A program made the position numbers and the translations under genes. Positions 37,515-46,669 of a stretch of 64,000 nucleotides of DNA are shown here, in pieces; position 1 is the stretch's first letter, and each line of letters begins with the position of its first letter. The stretch is from Planctomycetota bacterium (GTDB lineage: Bacteria; Planctomycetota; UBA1135; UBA2386): positions 3,104,001 through 3,168,000 of the forward strand of contig OZ245006.1 of assembly GCA_965223545.1 (NCBI GenBank). The letters run 5' to 3'. The notes under the pieces are model-generated. The model worked only from the letters and a program-made list of their open reading frames with translations, did no database searches and had not been told where the DNA came from.

Positions 37515-38924
37515 ATGAGCAACCGGCGGACAGATGAACACGGCTCGCGGCGCGCGTTCCTGCGCAACGTCGGTGCCGGCCTCGGTGCGACCGTCCTGGG
37601 ACGCCACGCGCGCGCGATCGGCGCCGGCGACCGTCGACCCCACCACCACCCGCGCGCCAAGCGGGTCATCTTCTTGTTCATGGCCGGTGGCCCATCGCAG
37701 ATGGATCTGCTGGACCCCAAGCCCGAGCTGGCGCGGCGCACCGGCGCACCGATGCCGGACAGCCTGGTTGCCGGCGAGCGGGTCGCGCAACTGCGCGGGC
37801 GCAAGCTCATCATCGTCGGCTCGCGCTACCGCTTCGCGCCGCATGGACAGTGCGGCACCGAGGTCTCGGAGCTCCTGCCGCACACCGGCAGCATCGTCGA
37901 CAAGATCGCCGTCGTGCGGTCGCTGCACACCGAGGCGATCAACCACGACCCCGGCATGACGATGATGCAGACCGGCTTCCAGCAGCCGGGCCGGCCGTGC
38001 ATGGGCGCGTGGGTGACGCACGGATTGGGACCGCTCAACCCCGATCTGCCACCGTTCGTGGTGATGATCTCGGGTGCCGCCAGCGGCGCACAACCGCTGT
38101 ACTCGCGGCTGTGGAGCGCCGGCTTCTTGCCCGGACACCTACAGGGCGTGCAGCTCCGCTCCGGTGAAGAACCGGTGCTGTTCTTGTCCAACCCGCAAGG
38201 AGTCGACCGCACCGCCCGGCGGCGGCTGCTCGACACTGTGCGACGCCTCAACGAGATCGAGCACGCGCACACCAACGATCCCGCCGTGGCGACTCGCATG
38301 CGGGCGTACGAGCTGGCGTATCGCATGCAAGCGAGCATGCCCGAGGTCACCGATCTCGGCAGCGAACCCGATCACGTGCTCGATCTGTACGGCGCGCGCC
38401 CCGGCGCGCCATCGTTCGCCACCAACTGCCTCTTGGCACGGCGCATGGTCGAGCGCGGCGTGCGCTTCGTGCAGCTCTACCACCGCGGCTGGGATCACCA
38501 CGAGAACCTGCCGCCACGGCTCGAGCAAAAGTGCGCGGAGACCGATCGCGCCGCGGCCGCGCTCGTCGTCGACCTCGAGCGGCGCGGACTGCTCGACGAC
38601 ACGCTGGTCATCTGGGGCGGCGAGTTCGGCCGCAGCCCGATGAACCAGGGCAGCATGCTCGATGGCAACTACGGCCGCGATCACCACGCCAAGTCGTTCT
38701 CGATGTGGCTCGCCGGCGGCGGCATCAAGCCAGGCATCGTCTGGGGCGCCACCGACGACCTCGGCTACGACGTGGTCGAGGGCGGCATGCACATCAACGA
38801 CCTGCACGCCACGATTCTCCACTGCCTGGGGCTGCAGCATCGGCAGCTGACCCACTTCCACGAAGGACGGGACTTCCGCCTGACCGACGTCGGCGGCAAG
38901 GTGATCCACGGCCTCCTGGCCTGA
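37515..38924 (+). CDS. DUF1501 domain protein (Tat signal)
   Basis: SRRAFL, AKRVIFLFMAGGPSQMD, GWDHH, GEFGRSP and GRDHH. Confidence 0.93.
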   Translation: MSNRRTDEHGSRRAFLRNVGAGLGATVLGRHARAIGAGDRRPHHHPRAKRVIFLFMAGGPSQMDLLDPKPELARRTGAPMPDSLVAGERVAQLRGRKLIIVGSRYRFAPHGQCGTEVSELLPHTGSIVDKIAVVRSLHTEAINHDPGMTMMQTGFQQPGRPCMGAWVTHGLGPLNPDLPPFVVMISGAASGAQPLYSRLWSAGFLPGHLQGVQLRSGEEPVLFLSNPQGVDRTARRRLLDTVRRLNEIEHAHTNDPAVATRMRAYELAYRMQASMPEVTDLGSEPDHVLDLYGARPGAPSFATNCLLARRMVERGVRFVQLYHRGWDHHENLPPRLEQKCAETDRAAAALVVDLERRGLLDDTLVIWGGEFGRSPMNQGSMLDGNYGRDHHAKSFSMWLAGGGIKPGIVWGATDDLGYDVVEGGMHINDLHATILHCLGLQHRQLTHFHEGRDFRLTDVGGKVIHGLLA

Positions 38925-38929
38925 GGACC

Positions 38930-38952
38930 GCGCCGCTGAGGGAACGCGGCGC
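38930..38952. terminator. GC hairpin between convergent genes
   Basis: GCGCCGC-N9-GCGGCGC; no U-tract. Confidence 0.3.
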
Positions 38953-38968
38953 TGAGCGCACGAGACGG

Positions 38969-39937
38969 TCAGCGGCGCAGGTCGGCGACCGCGCGCCGCG
39001 CGCGCCACCACCGCTTCAACTGCTTCACCAACCGACGCGGCAGTCCGGTCAGGGGGCGGTCACTGTAGTAGCTGCGCTGCAAACGGGCGATCGTGTCCTC
39101 GAACTGCTTCTCGCGGTCGTACAGGTAGCGCAGCTGCCCATCGCGCCTTGCGACCGCGGCCCGGATCTGCATCGCATCGTCTTCGGACAGCACGCAGCCG
39201 GCCTTCAGGTGGTCGGGCAAGGGTCGCGGCACGTAGACCGTGGAGTGCCGCGGCGCAGTCTGATCCTGCGGTCGGCTGCGCGTGTAGTAGTAGACCGCCA
39301 GCGACTTCCGGGTGACCTCACCGTGCTCGGCCGGCGGCGACACCGCTCGAAACCCGTGCCAGGACGCCTCCGTCGTCTCGAACAGCACGCAGCGGTTTGC
39401 CCGCGGGAGGATGCTCTGTACGCGGTTGCCGGCGGGATCCCACGGATCCGAGTGCAGCTCCAGCTCCCCACCCCAACTGGACTCCCAGACCTCGTGCAAG
39501 AACACGATCAGGTTGAGCCGTCGGTGCCAGCCGAACTCCGGGTGGAAGTTGAAGTCGACGTGCGGATCCAGCTCCTGGCCGGCGCGGTTCTCGTGCGTGC
39601 CGCCGCCGAAGTAGAAGGGGTCGTAGAGGAGGTCGGGGACTTCAGTGATGTCGCTGATCAGCCGGCGGAACTCCGCCGACTGCAGCATGCGATCGACGCT
39701 GCGGTAGGGCTCGCCCAGTCGGGTCAGATCCTCTCGCGTGGCTTTGCCGCCCAAGTCGCCGTGCTCGTTGACGGCGCAGCCGGAGGCGAACGGCGGAAAC
39801 TGCTCGCGCAACGCCTCGAGGACCGCGGGCAAGAAGAAGTCGTCGACGACCACGTGCCGGAACGGCACCGCCGCGGCGAAGCGGACCGCCGCAGCGGCGC
39901 GGTTGTCCGACACGGCGGGTGACAGGAGCTCAAGCAC
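38969..39937 (-). CDS. 2OG-Fe(II) oxygenase (2OG-FeII_Oxy_3-like)
   Basis: PFRHVVVDDF, HVDFN (HxD), WHG and RKSLAVYYY. GTG start overlaps the upstream gene by 8 bp. Confidence 0.88.
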   Translation of the reverse strand: MLELLSPAVSDNRAAAAVRFAAAVPFRHVVVDDFFLPAVLEALREQFPPFASGCAVNEHGDLGGKATREDLTRLGEPYRSVDRMLQSAEFRRLISDITEVPDLLYDPFYFGGGTHENRAGQELDPHVDFNFHPEFGWHRRLNLIVFLHEVWESSWGGELELHSDPWDPAGNRVQSILPRANRCVLFETTEASWHGFRAVSPPAEHGEVTRKSLAVYYYTRSRPQDQTAPRHSTVYVPRPLPDHLKAGCVLSEDDAMQIRAAVARRDGQLRYLYDREKQFEDTIARLQRSYYSDRPLTGLPRRLVKQLKRWWRARRAVADLRR

Positions 39938-42605
39938 TGCTGGCCCTCGCGCGCCGCCCGCCCAGCCAATACGCGATGAGCAGGCCGACGGCCCCGAGAC
40001 CGGCCAGCCATCCGACCCACGCACCCCGGTCGGCGCTGGCCGCGGCGTCACGCACCTCGCCAACCGCGCGGAGGCCCGCCGGCATCGGCATGTCTGCCGA
40101 CGCGGGGGCCACTGGCGCCCGGATACGCTCGGCATCGGCGAACACCTGCGTCTTGCCCCACGCCCCGCTCGGCGGCCGCGCGTAGTCGATCTCGGCCGCA
40201 TCCAACGAGATCCAGCAGTCGCTGGCGACATCCCGCTTCGCACCCGAAACCCGAATCGTCAGGTCGTGGTAGCCGTACTCCAAGTCCGCAGCCTCGAACA
40301 ACAGGGCCTGCAGTTCTTCGCTCTCGGCGTAGGCATCGATCTCGGCAACCGTCCGCCCGTCGACGCGGACTTCGGCGAGGCCGTGATCGGGACCGCGTAC
40401 GCCGAACAGGCGCACGCCGGTGCCGGTAAACGGCAACGTGCGTTCGGCCCCGGCCTGCCGCGACACGTGGACGCCGTAGTTGAAGTGGCGCGCCGTGGGC
40501 CGCATTCCCCAGTCACCCCGACTGATCCACGGATCCCGCACGTCGTCGTAGAACTCGATGCGCGTCACCAACGTCCAAGACGTACCGCGGTCGGTCGATC
40601 GATAGATCCCGTCGAACGTCGCCGCGAACATGGTTTCGTCCTGAGCGAAGCCCGGCGACACGGCGAAGCTGAAGCTGCTGTCGATCGGCGATCCCGGCGC
40701 CAACAGGCGCGCGAACGTCCTACCCCGATCGAACGACACGAAGAAACCTCCAGCGAGAGTACTCAGACAGATCGTACCGTCGGCGCCGAAGCTCGGCGAG
40801 ATCCTCATCGTCGACGGTGCGTGTCCATCCAGACCGGTCGCCGACCGCCAGGTCTCGCCCCGGTCGGTCGAGTACAGGAAGCCGCCGTGCCGCGCGATGG
40901 TGTAGACCTCGCCGGACTCGGCGAAGTCCGGCGCGCAGGCGACTTGCAAGATCTTCGTCCAGCCCTCCTCGAAGCCGCTGCCGTCGAGCAGGGGCCCGCT
41001 CCACGTGCGTCCTCCGTCCGTCGACCGCGACAGCGTTCCCCCGCCGACGAAGAGAGTCCGGTCGGTCGTCCAAGCCGGCGACAACGCCAGGGAACGCTGC
41101 CAGTCGGTCACCGGGGGCCGGCCGGTCCAGGTCATGCCCGCGTCCTCGGACTGATAGATGCCTCCCGCCGAGACGGCGACCACGGTCCGGTCGGAAACGA
41201 AGTCCGGGGAGTACGCGATGTCTCTCACCTCGTACGGACGATAAGCCGACTCCGCGGAATGTGGCTGTAGGTCGATCGTGGTCCAGCTCCGACCGCCGTC
41301 GGTCGACCTCCTGATCCCCCACGCCACCCCACACATCACCATCTGGTCGGCTCCGAACTCGGGCGACGGCCGCACGCAGTAGGTGCTGAGTCCATCGAAG
41401 TTGGACGTCCGCACCTGCCAGCTCTCACCGCGGTCCTCCGAGACCAGGAGAGAGGTCCCGTAGGTCGTAGCGAAGACCACGCCATCCTGCACGAACCGCG
41501 GTGACACTTCGACGGCGCGGCCAATGCGGGTCGGATTGAGGTTGGCCTCGGTCCAGTGCTCGCCACCGTCCCGCGAGAAGAAGAGCCCCTCGAAGGTGCC
41601 ACAGAACACCGTCGCATCCGACTGGTACTGCGGCGACAGCACGACCGACGTGTAGTGGTTGTCGGTCTGGTGCGTCTTGGCGACGGCGAGCCCGGTCTGC
41701 GTCCAGCTCTCACCCCCATCCGGCGAACGAAACACCCCGGCGTCCCTCGTCGCCGCGAACAGCTCGGTGCAGCGCGGATACGTGGCGGCGACGGCGACTG
41801 CGTTGACGTCGGAGTCGTCGATCCCGGTGACCGGCGCATAGTGAAACCCGCTGCTCGTCGAGCGCAAGACGCCGGCGCCGTGCGTCGCGACCCAAACGTG
41901 GTGGTTTGCGCGCCAACCCTTGGCCACCGCGATGTCTTGCGGCACGCCCGCGAGCAGCCTGACCCGCCAGGTCTCGCCACCATCACTGCTGTAGTGGACG
42001 CGGGCATCGCTGGTGCCGACGACGACGACCCCGTCGGCGGCGAAGCCGGCCGATACCGCGATGCAGGTCACTTCTCCTTTGCCAGCCAAGCTCAGTCTTC
42101 GCATCGACTCGCCGCCGGAGTCGGAGCGCCACAGCGCAGCGCGGCCGGCGCAGAACAACGTCTGCGCGCCGTCGGCGCCAACCGGAGCCAGCGCCAACTC
42201 GGTGAGGTACTCATCCGACAGCGGCGATTCCCAAGTCGCGCCCGCGTCGCGCGTGCGCTGCAGCCCGGCACCACCAACCACGGCGTAGCCCGTGCTGCTG
42301 CGCCGCCAATCCGAGGCCGGCACGAACTTCCAGGTCGTGCCGCCGCGCAAGCCAGCGCGCCGGTTCTGCCAGGAGTAACCGCCATTGTCGCTGACCAAGA
42401 ACAGGTTCATCGAACCCGACGACGACACGAACACCGTGCCGCTGGTCGCGAAGTTCGGCGCCAGCGCAACGTCGGTCACCACGTCGTGCGGATGGTGCAG
42501 GGCAAGCGCACCCGGCGTCACCTCGCCGCGGCCCCCGATGGTCCCGCCGGCCGCAACGACGGCCGCCAGCAATCCCAGCCGTGCGCGAGCAATTGCCATC
42601 GGCAT
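39930..42605 (-). CDS. Secreted BNR/Asp-box repeat beta-propeller protein with C-terminal membrane anchor
   Basis: More than 10 SxDGGxTW Asp-boxes; SPxF..DxTxF repeats; C-terminal beta-sandwich and hydrophobic tail. Confidence 0.85.
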   Translation of the reverse strand: MPMAIARARLGLLAAVVAAGGTIGGRGEVTPGALALHHPHDVVTDVALAPNFATSGTVFVSSSGSMNLFLVSDNGGYSWQNRRAGLRGGTTWKFVPASDWRRSSTGYAVVGGAGLQRTRDAGATWESPLSDEYLTELALAPVGADGAQTLFCAGRAALWRSDSGGESMRRLSLAGKGEVTCIAVSAGFAADGVVVVGTSDARVHYSSDGGETWRVRLLAGVPQDIAVAKGWRANHHVWVATHGAGVLRSTSSGFHYAPVTGIDDSDVNAVAVAATYPRCTELFAATRDAGVFRSPDGGESWTQTGLAVAKTHQTDNHYTSVVLSPQYQSDATVFCGTFEGLFFSRDGGEHWTEANLNPTRIGRAVEVSPRFVQDGVVFATTYGTSLLVSEDRGESWQVRTSNFDGLSTYCVRPSPEFGADQMVMCGVAWGIRRSTDGGRSWTTIDLQPHSAESAYRPYEVRDIAYSPDFVSDRTVVAVSAGGIYQSEDAGMTWTGRPPVTDWQRSLALSPAWTTDRTLFVGGGTLSRSTDGGRTWSGPLLDGSGFEEGWTKILQVACAPDFAESGEVYTIARHGGFLYSTDRGETWRSATGLDGHAPSTMRISPSFGADGTICLSTLAGGFFVSFDRGRTFARLLAPGSPIDSSFSFAVSPGFAQDETMFAATFDGIYRSTDRGTSWTLVTRIEFYDDVRDPWISRGDWGMRPTARHFNYGVHVSRQAGAERTLPFTGTGVRLFGVRGPDHGLAEVRVDGRTVAEIDAYAESEELQALLFEAADLEYGYHDLTIRVSGAKRDVASDCWISLDAAEIDYARPPSGAWGKTQVFADAERIRAPVAPASADMPMPAGLRAVGEVRDAAASADRGAWVGWLAGLGAVGLLIAYWLGGRRARASSA

Positions 42606-42636
42606 GACGATAGTCGGCCGCGGCGCAGCGACAACC

Positions 42637-44553
42637 TCAGCGAGATCCCACCACGACCCACGTCCACCGCAGCTGGCTCGTCACCTCCGTGCCGAAGTGG
42701 AGACTCACCAGCTCCTCGACCCTCGCCACCATGGCATCCGATGGTGGCTGGCGGGCGCCCAGCTCGACGACAACCCGCCGCTCGGCGGACTCGCGCTCGA
42801 CGCGGATGTCGAGGCGCCGCACGTCGCCTTCGCCCAGCTCGGCCACGACCCGATCCACGGCCTCGACGAACTCCCGGGGTGCGGCGGTGGGGCGATACTG
42901 GCGCGGCAACAACGCCAACCACACCCCCAGCACCAAGAGTGCGACCAACAGGACACGGCCGACCGAACGCGTCCATCGCGACCCCTCCTTGGGGTAGCGC
43001 AGTCCCACCGCCCAGAAGCTGACCACCGAGGCCACCACGATGGCGACCATGTTGGCGGCGAACAACAACACTGCGCCGCTGGCGAGCTCGATCTCGCCCA
43101 TTGCCGCAGCCAGGCCAGCGGTGGCGATCGGCGGCACCAGTGCCGCGGCGATGGCGACCCCCGGTAGCGCGGCGAGCAGGCCGGGGCGGGAGGACGCATA
43201 GGCCGCAGCCAACCCCGACGCGAACGCGACCAGCAGATCGAGGACGTCGGGCCAGTCCCGCGCCACCATCTCGCCAGTCGGCGCCTCGCCCGCCAACCCG
43301 ATCGATCCCAACCCCCAACCGATGGCGAAGGCGGTGACGAAGCCGAGGATCACCGAGCGCAGCGCGAGCCGAGTCAGCACCGGATTGCCCTGCGCGATGC
43401 CGATGGCGGCACCGAGCAACGGCGTCATCAGCGGTGCAACCAGCATCGCGCCGATCACCACGGCGGCGGAATCGGCCAACAGCCCCATCGATGCGATCGC
43501 GGTGGACAGGCTCATCAGCGCGATGAAATCGAAGTCCCAGTGCGAGTTGGACTGCACTCGCTCGACCAAGGAGCGGCGCTGGTCTCGTTCCACCTGCGGC
43601 ACGATGCGCTCCAGCCACGCCGCCAGCCGCTGCTGCGTGCGACGGACGAGCGGCACCGACCGGCGCACCAGGATCACGGTCGGCTCCGGCGCGGCGCGCA
43701 GCAGCTGCATGCCGACGGAGCGCCGCATCGAACCTCCCAGGCCGACGGCCTTCGAGCTGCCGAGCAGGATCGCCGCCGCCGGCTCTTCGCTGTCGGCGCG
43801 GGCGATTCCCGCGTGGGGTCTGGCCTCGACCACCGCCCGCACCGTCATCTCGCTCACCTCATCCGGCAGCCACCGCTTGACGATCCGCGTCGCGATCCGC
43901 CGGCCGACGGCCTCGGCGTCGGGCCCGATGTCGGGTTCGACCCACAGCGCCGTCACCGATCGCTTCTCGGCCCGCGCCAGGTCGCGCGCGAGCTGCAGTG
44001 CCGCACCGCAGTGCTCCCCGTAGCCGACGGCGACCAGCAAGCCCTGCGACGCGGCCTCTTCGCGGCGCCCGGGGCGGATCAGCATCACCTCGCAAGTCAC
44101 GGACCCGAGGATCTGGCGGCGGCGCTCGCTCGACTCGGCCGCCTCGCCCTCGACCTGCTCTTGGACGGCGACCAAGGCGCGCGGCTTCGACTCTGCAATG
44201 CGCACGCGCAGCTCTTCGACGTCCTGACCAGGCAGGCACCAGAGGCTCACCCGGAGCGGACCGCGCCCCACCTCGGCACCATCGGATTCCTCGTCGTCCT
44301 CGGCGTGCGGCTGCCAGCTGCCCTCTCCCAGGATCTTCGTCAGCACTCCGCGCACGTGCACGCCGACGCGGGCATCCGCGTCGTCCCCGGCGACCGCGGC
44401 GTCGAGGTCGACCCGCCGCGAGGTTCCGTTGGCGCGGCTCGGACGGGCGACCATCAGCACCAGGTGGTCGCCGCGCGCGGCGGCGATCCGCGCCGCCCAG
44501 GGCACCGTCAGCGACAGCTGTTCGTCGGAATCGAGGTAGGCGGCGATCGTCAT
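42637..44553 (-). CDS. Universal-stress-protein-like domains fused to DUF389 membrane domain
   Basis: DSAAVVIGAMLVAPLM and GVAIAAALVPP (DUF389); N-terminal USP-like alpha/beta segments. Confidence 0.85.
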   Translation of the reverse strand: MTIAAYLDSDEQLSLTVPWAARIAAARGDHLVLMVARPSRANGTSRRVDLDAAVAGDDADARVGVHVRGVLTKILGEGSWQPHAEDDEESDGAEVGRGPLRVSLWCLPGQDVEELRVRIAESKPRALVAVQEQVEGEAAESSERRRQILGSVTCEVMLIRPGRREEAASQGLLVAVGYGEHCGAALQLARDLARAEKRSVTALWVEPDIGPDAEAVGRRIATRIVKRWLPDEVSEMTVRAVVEARPHAGIARADSEEPAAAILLGSSKAVGLGGSMRRSVGMQLLRAAPEPTVILVRRSVPLVRRTQQRLAAWLERIVPQVERDQRRSLVERVQSNSHWDFDFIALMSLSTAIASMGLLADSAAVVIGAMLVAPLMTPLLGAAIGIAQGNPVLTRLALRSVILGFVTAFAIGWGLGSIGLAGEAPTGEMVARDWPDVLDLLVAFASGLAAAYASSRPGLLAALPGVAIAAALVPPIATAGLAAAMGEIELASGAVLLFAANMVAIVVASVVSFWAVGLRYPKEGSRWTRSVGRVLLVALLVLGVWLALLPRQYRPTAAPREFVEAVDRVVAELGEGDVRRLDIRVERESAERRVVVELGARQPPSDAMVARVEELVSLHFGTEVTSQLRWTWVVVGSR

Positions 44554-44666
44554 CCAGCGGCATCGATCATGACGCAACCGACGACGGATCGGAAATGCGG
44601 AGGCGACGCTCCCGCGGGAAGCGAGAAAATCGAGCCGGACTCGGTACGTTCCGGGGGGTGACTCGG

Positions 44667-45461
44667 ATGGGTTTCGCAGCGCCTGCGCGTGTCTTGATGC
44701 GCTGGGTCCCGCGGAGCTTCGCGCGGTGTCTGCGCGAGGGGAGCGCGGCGATCGACGTCGGGCGGGCGCGCAGCCAGTGGCACGGCTACGTCGAGCTGCT
44801 GAGCCAGTTGGGTGTTCCCATCGACGCGACCTCGGCCGACGAGGCTCTACCGGACTGCTGCTTCGTCGAAGACAACGCCGTGCTGGGCAACGCGGTCGCG
44901 GTGCTCACCAACAGCGCGACCGAGCAGCGCCGCGGCGAGACGGCCAAGATCGGACGCCTGCTCGAGGCCGACTACGAGGTCCGCGAGCTGACCGGCTCCG
45001 CCGTATTCTTGGACGGAGGAGACGTGCTCCGAGTCGGGCGGCAGCTGTTCGTCGGGCGCTCGGCGCGCACCAACGACGCTGGCATCGCTGCGCTGCGGGA
45101 GTGCCTCGCTGACGACGACCTCGAGGTCACGGCAGTGGACGTGGTGCGCGGTCTACACCTGAAGTCCAGCGTCACGCTGCTGGATCCAGGCCGGGTCCTC
45201 TGCGTTGCCGACGCGGTGGACACCGAACCCCTGCGGCGCGCGGGCCTCGAGTGCGTCGCGGCTGTGGAGCGTCACGGCGCGAACGTGCTGGCGCTGGGCC
45301 GATCGGTGGTGGTCTCGGCCGCGGCACCACGAACCGCGCAGCTGGTGCGCGACCTCGGCTTCCAGGCCTTCGAGCTGCCACTCTCGGAGTTCCACTCCGG
45401 CGACGGCGGCCTGACGTGCCTGTCGCTGCGCATCCCACCGCTCGGCTGTTGGTGCGTTTGA
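44667..45461 (+). CDS. Dimethylarginine dimethylaminohydrolase / amidinotransferase family
   Basis: PDCCFVED, RRGE, LDGGDV, RTN, LHLKS and DGGLTCLS. Confidence 0.92.
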   Translation: MGFAAPARVLMRWVPRSFARCLREGSAAIDVGRARSQWHGYVELLSQLGVPIDATSADEALPDCCFVEDNAVLGNAVAVLTNSATEQRRGETAKIGRLLEADYEVRELTGSAVFLDGGDVLRVGRQLFVGRSARTNDAGIAALRECLADDDLEVTAVDVVRGLHLKSSVTLLDPGRVLCVADAVDTEPLRRAGLECVAAVERHGANVLALGRSVVVSAAAPRTAQLVRDLGFQAFELPLSEFHSGDGGLTCLSLRIPPLGCWCV

Positions 45462-45479
45462 TCTCGCTCGCAGCGATTC

Positions 45480-46601
45480 CTACCAGGGAAACGACAAGCT
45501 GGCCGCGGTCTGCCACTGCAGCGGCACTCGATAGGCCCGGTAGGTGACCGGCCCGGTCCAGGACCACGCGATCTGCCCGCCGCGGGTCACTTCGAAGGCG
45601 CGGCCGGCGTTGGAGGCGGTGATCAACGTGTTGCCGTTCGGCAGGCGCTGCGTCGACCCCATGAACATCGTGAAGAAGCGCTGCCGGGGCGTGTCACCGT
45701 AGCTCCACACCACCTGCTGACTGGGTGGATCGATCTCGAGCGCACGCGAGTGCTCTCGAAACGGGAGCCGCGGCGCGCCAGCCAACCCACCGTTGTCGAG
45801 CAACAGGATGTTGCCGGCACCCTGGTAGTCCTCCGGGATCATGCGCGCATGGTGCTGGCCGATCGTCCGGTTGTACAGCTGCCACACGAGGTTACCGGTC
45901 GGCTTGTCGATGATCGCCACCAGGTTCAGCTCGCGATAGCTGATCAGCAGATTGCCGGGCGCGAATCTCGGGTCCGTCGCCGCCCACCGGTTCTTCGGCA
46001 GCACGGCGACCGAGTTCAAGTGGAACAGCGTGGCGACCCCGCTCGGTGGCAAGAGCGAGCTCCAGCCGGCAGGAGTCACCGGCATCTGCGCGGCGTGCGC
46101 CGCCGAGGACCACTCCCAGACGACAGACCCGCCTCGATCCACCTCGACGATGAACTCGTCCCAGATCGGCATCGCCACGACGCTCTGGCTCGTGTCCAGC
46201 TGGCGCGCGATGTAGATCGTGTTGCCGTTGCGCATGCGCGCGTAGTCGTGGTGCACGACCCGGCCGACCGCGGAGGGATCGTGCGACCACAAGACGTTGC
46301 CCTGCCAGTCGAGCTCGATCAGCCGTCGCTGTGGATTGCCTGAATTGTCGATCGACGCCAGCACCCGCCCGCCGGGCAGCGGCTTGGCCATGCCGACGAA
46401 GTTCCAGCCGGCGACCGGTGAACGCCATGAATGCACGACGCGGCCCTGCAGGTCGATCGCGTCGAGCCGCGCGCTGCCCTGCACCGAGATCGACAGGTGC
46501 AAGCCGGGCCACGGAGACGGGTTGAGGGAACCTGCGACCTGCGCTGGCACCGCAGCCAGCAGCAGCAGAACGGGCGCCAACGCGCCAACCCGGGTAGGCA
46601 T
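45480..46601 (-). CDS. Arylsulfotransferase (ASST-like) beta-propeller
   Basis: HHD..NGN, FHLNSV, LISYR, GQHHA, LDNG and QRLPNGNTLI; signal peptide. Confidence 0.85.
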   Translation of the reverse strand: MPTRVGALAPVLLLLAAVPAQVAGSLNPSPWPGLHLSISVQGSARLDAIDLQGRVVHSWRSPVAGWNFVGMAKPLPGGRVLASIDNSGNPQRRLIELDWQGNVLWSHDPSAVGRVVHHDYARMRNGNTIYIARQLDTSQSVVAMPIWDEFIVEVDRGGSVVWEWSSAAHAAQMPVTPAGWSSLLPPSGVATLFHLNSVAVLPKNRWAATDPRFAPGNLLISYRELNLVAIIDKPTGNLVWQLYNRTIGQHHARMIPEDYQGAGNILLLDNGGLAGAPRLPFREHSRALEIDPPSQQVVWSYGDTPRQRFFTMFMGSTQRLPNGNTLITASNAGRAFEVTRGGQIAWSWTGPVTYRAYRVPLQWQTAASLSFPW

Positions 46602-46669
46602 CGTTGGCGACCGTACGCACTGACATCGCCCGGCGTCAAACCCCGGGCGGGAAGACCTCCCGAACAACG

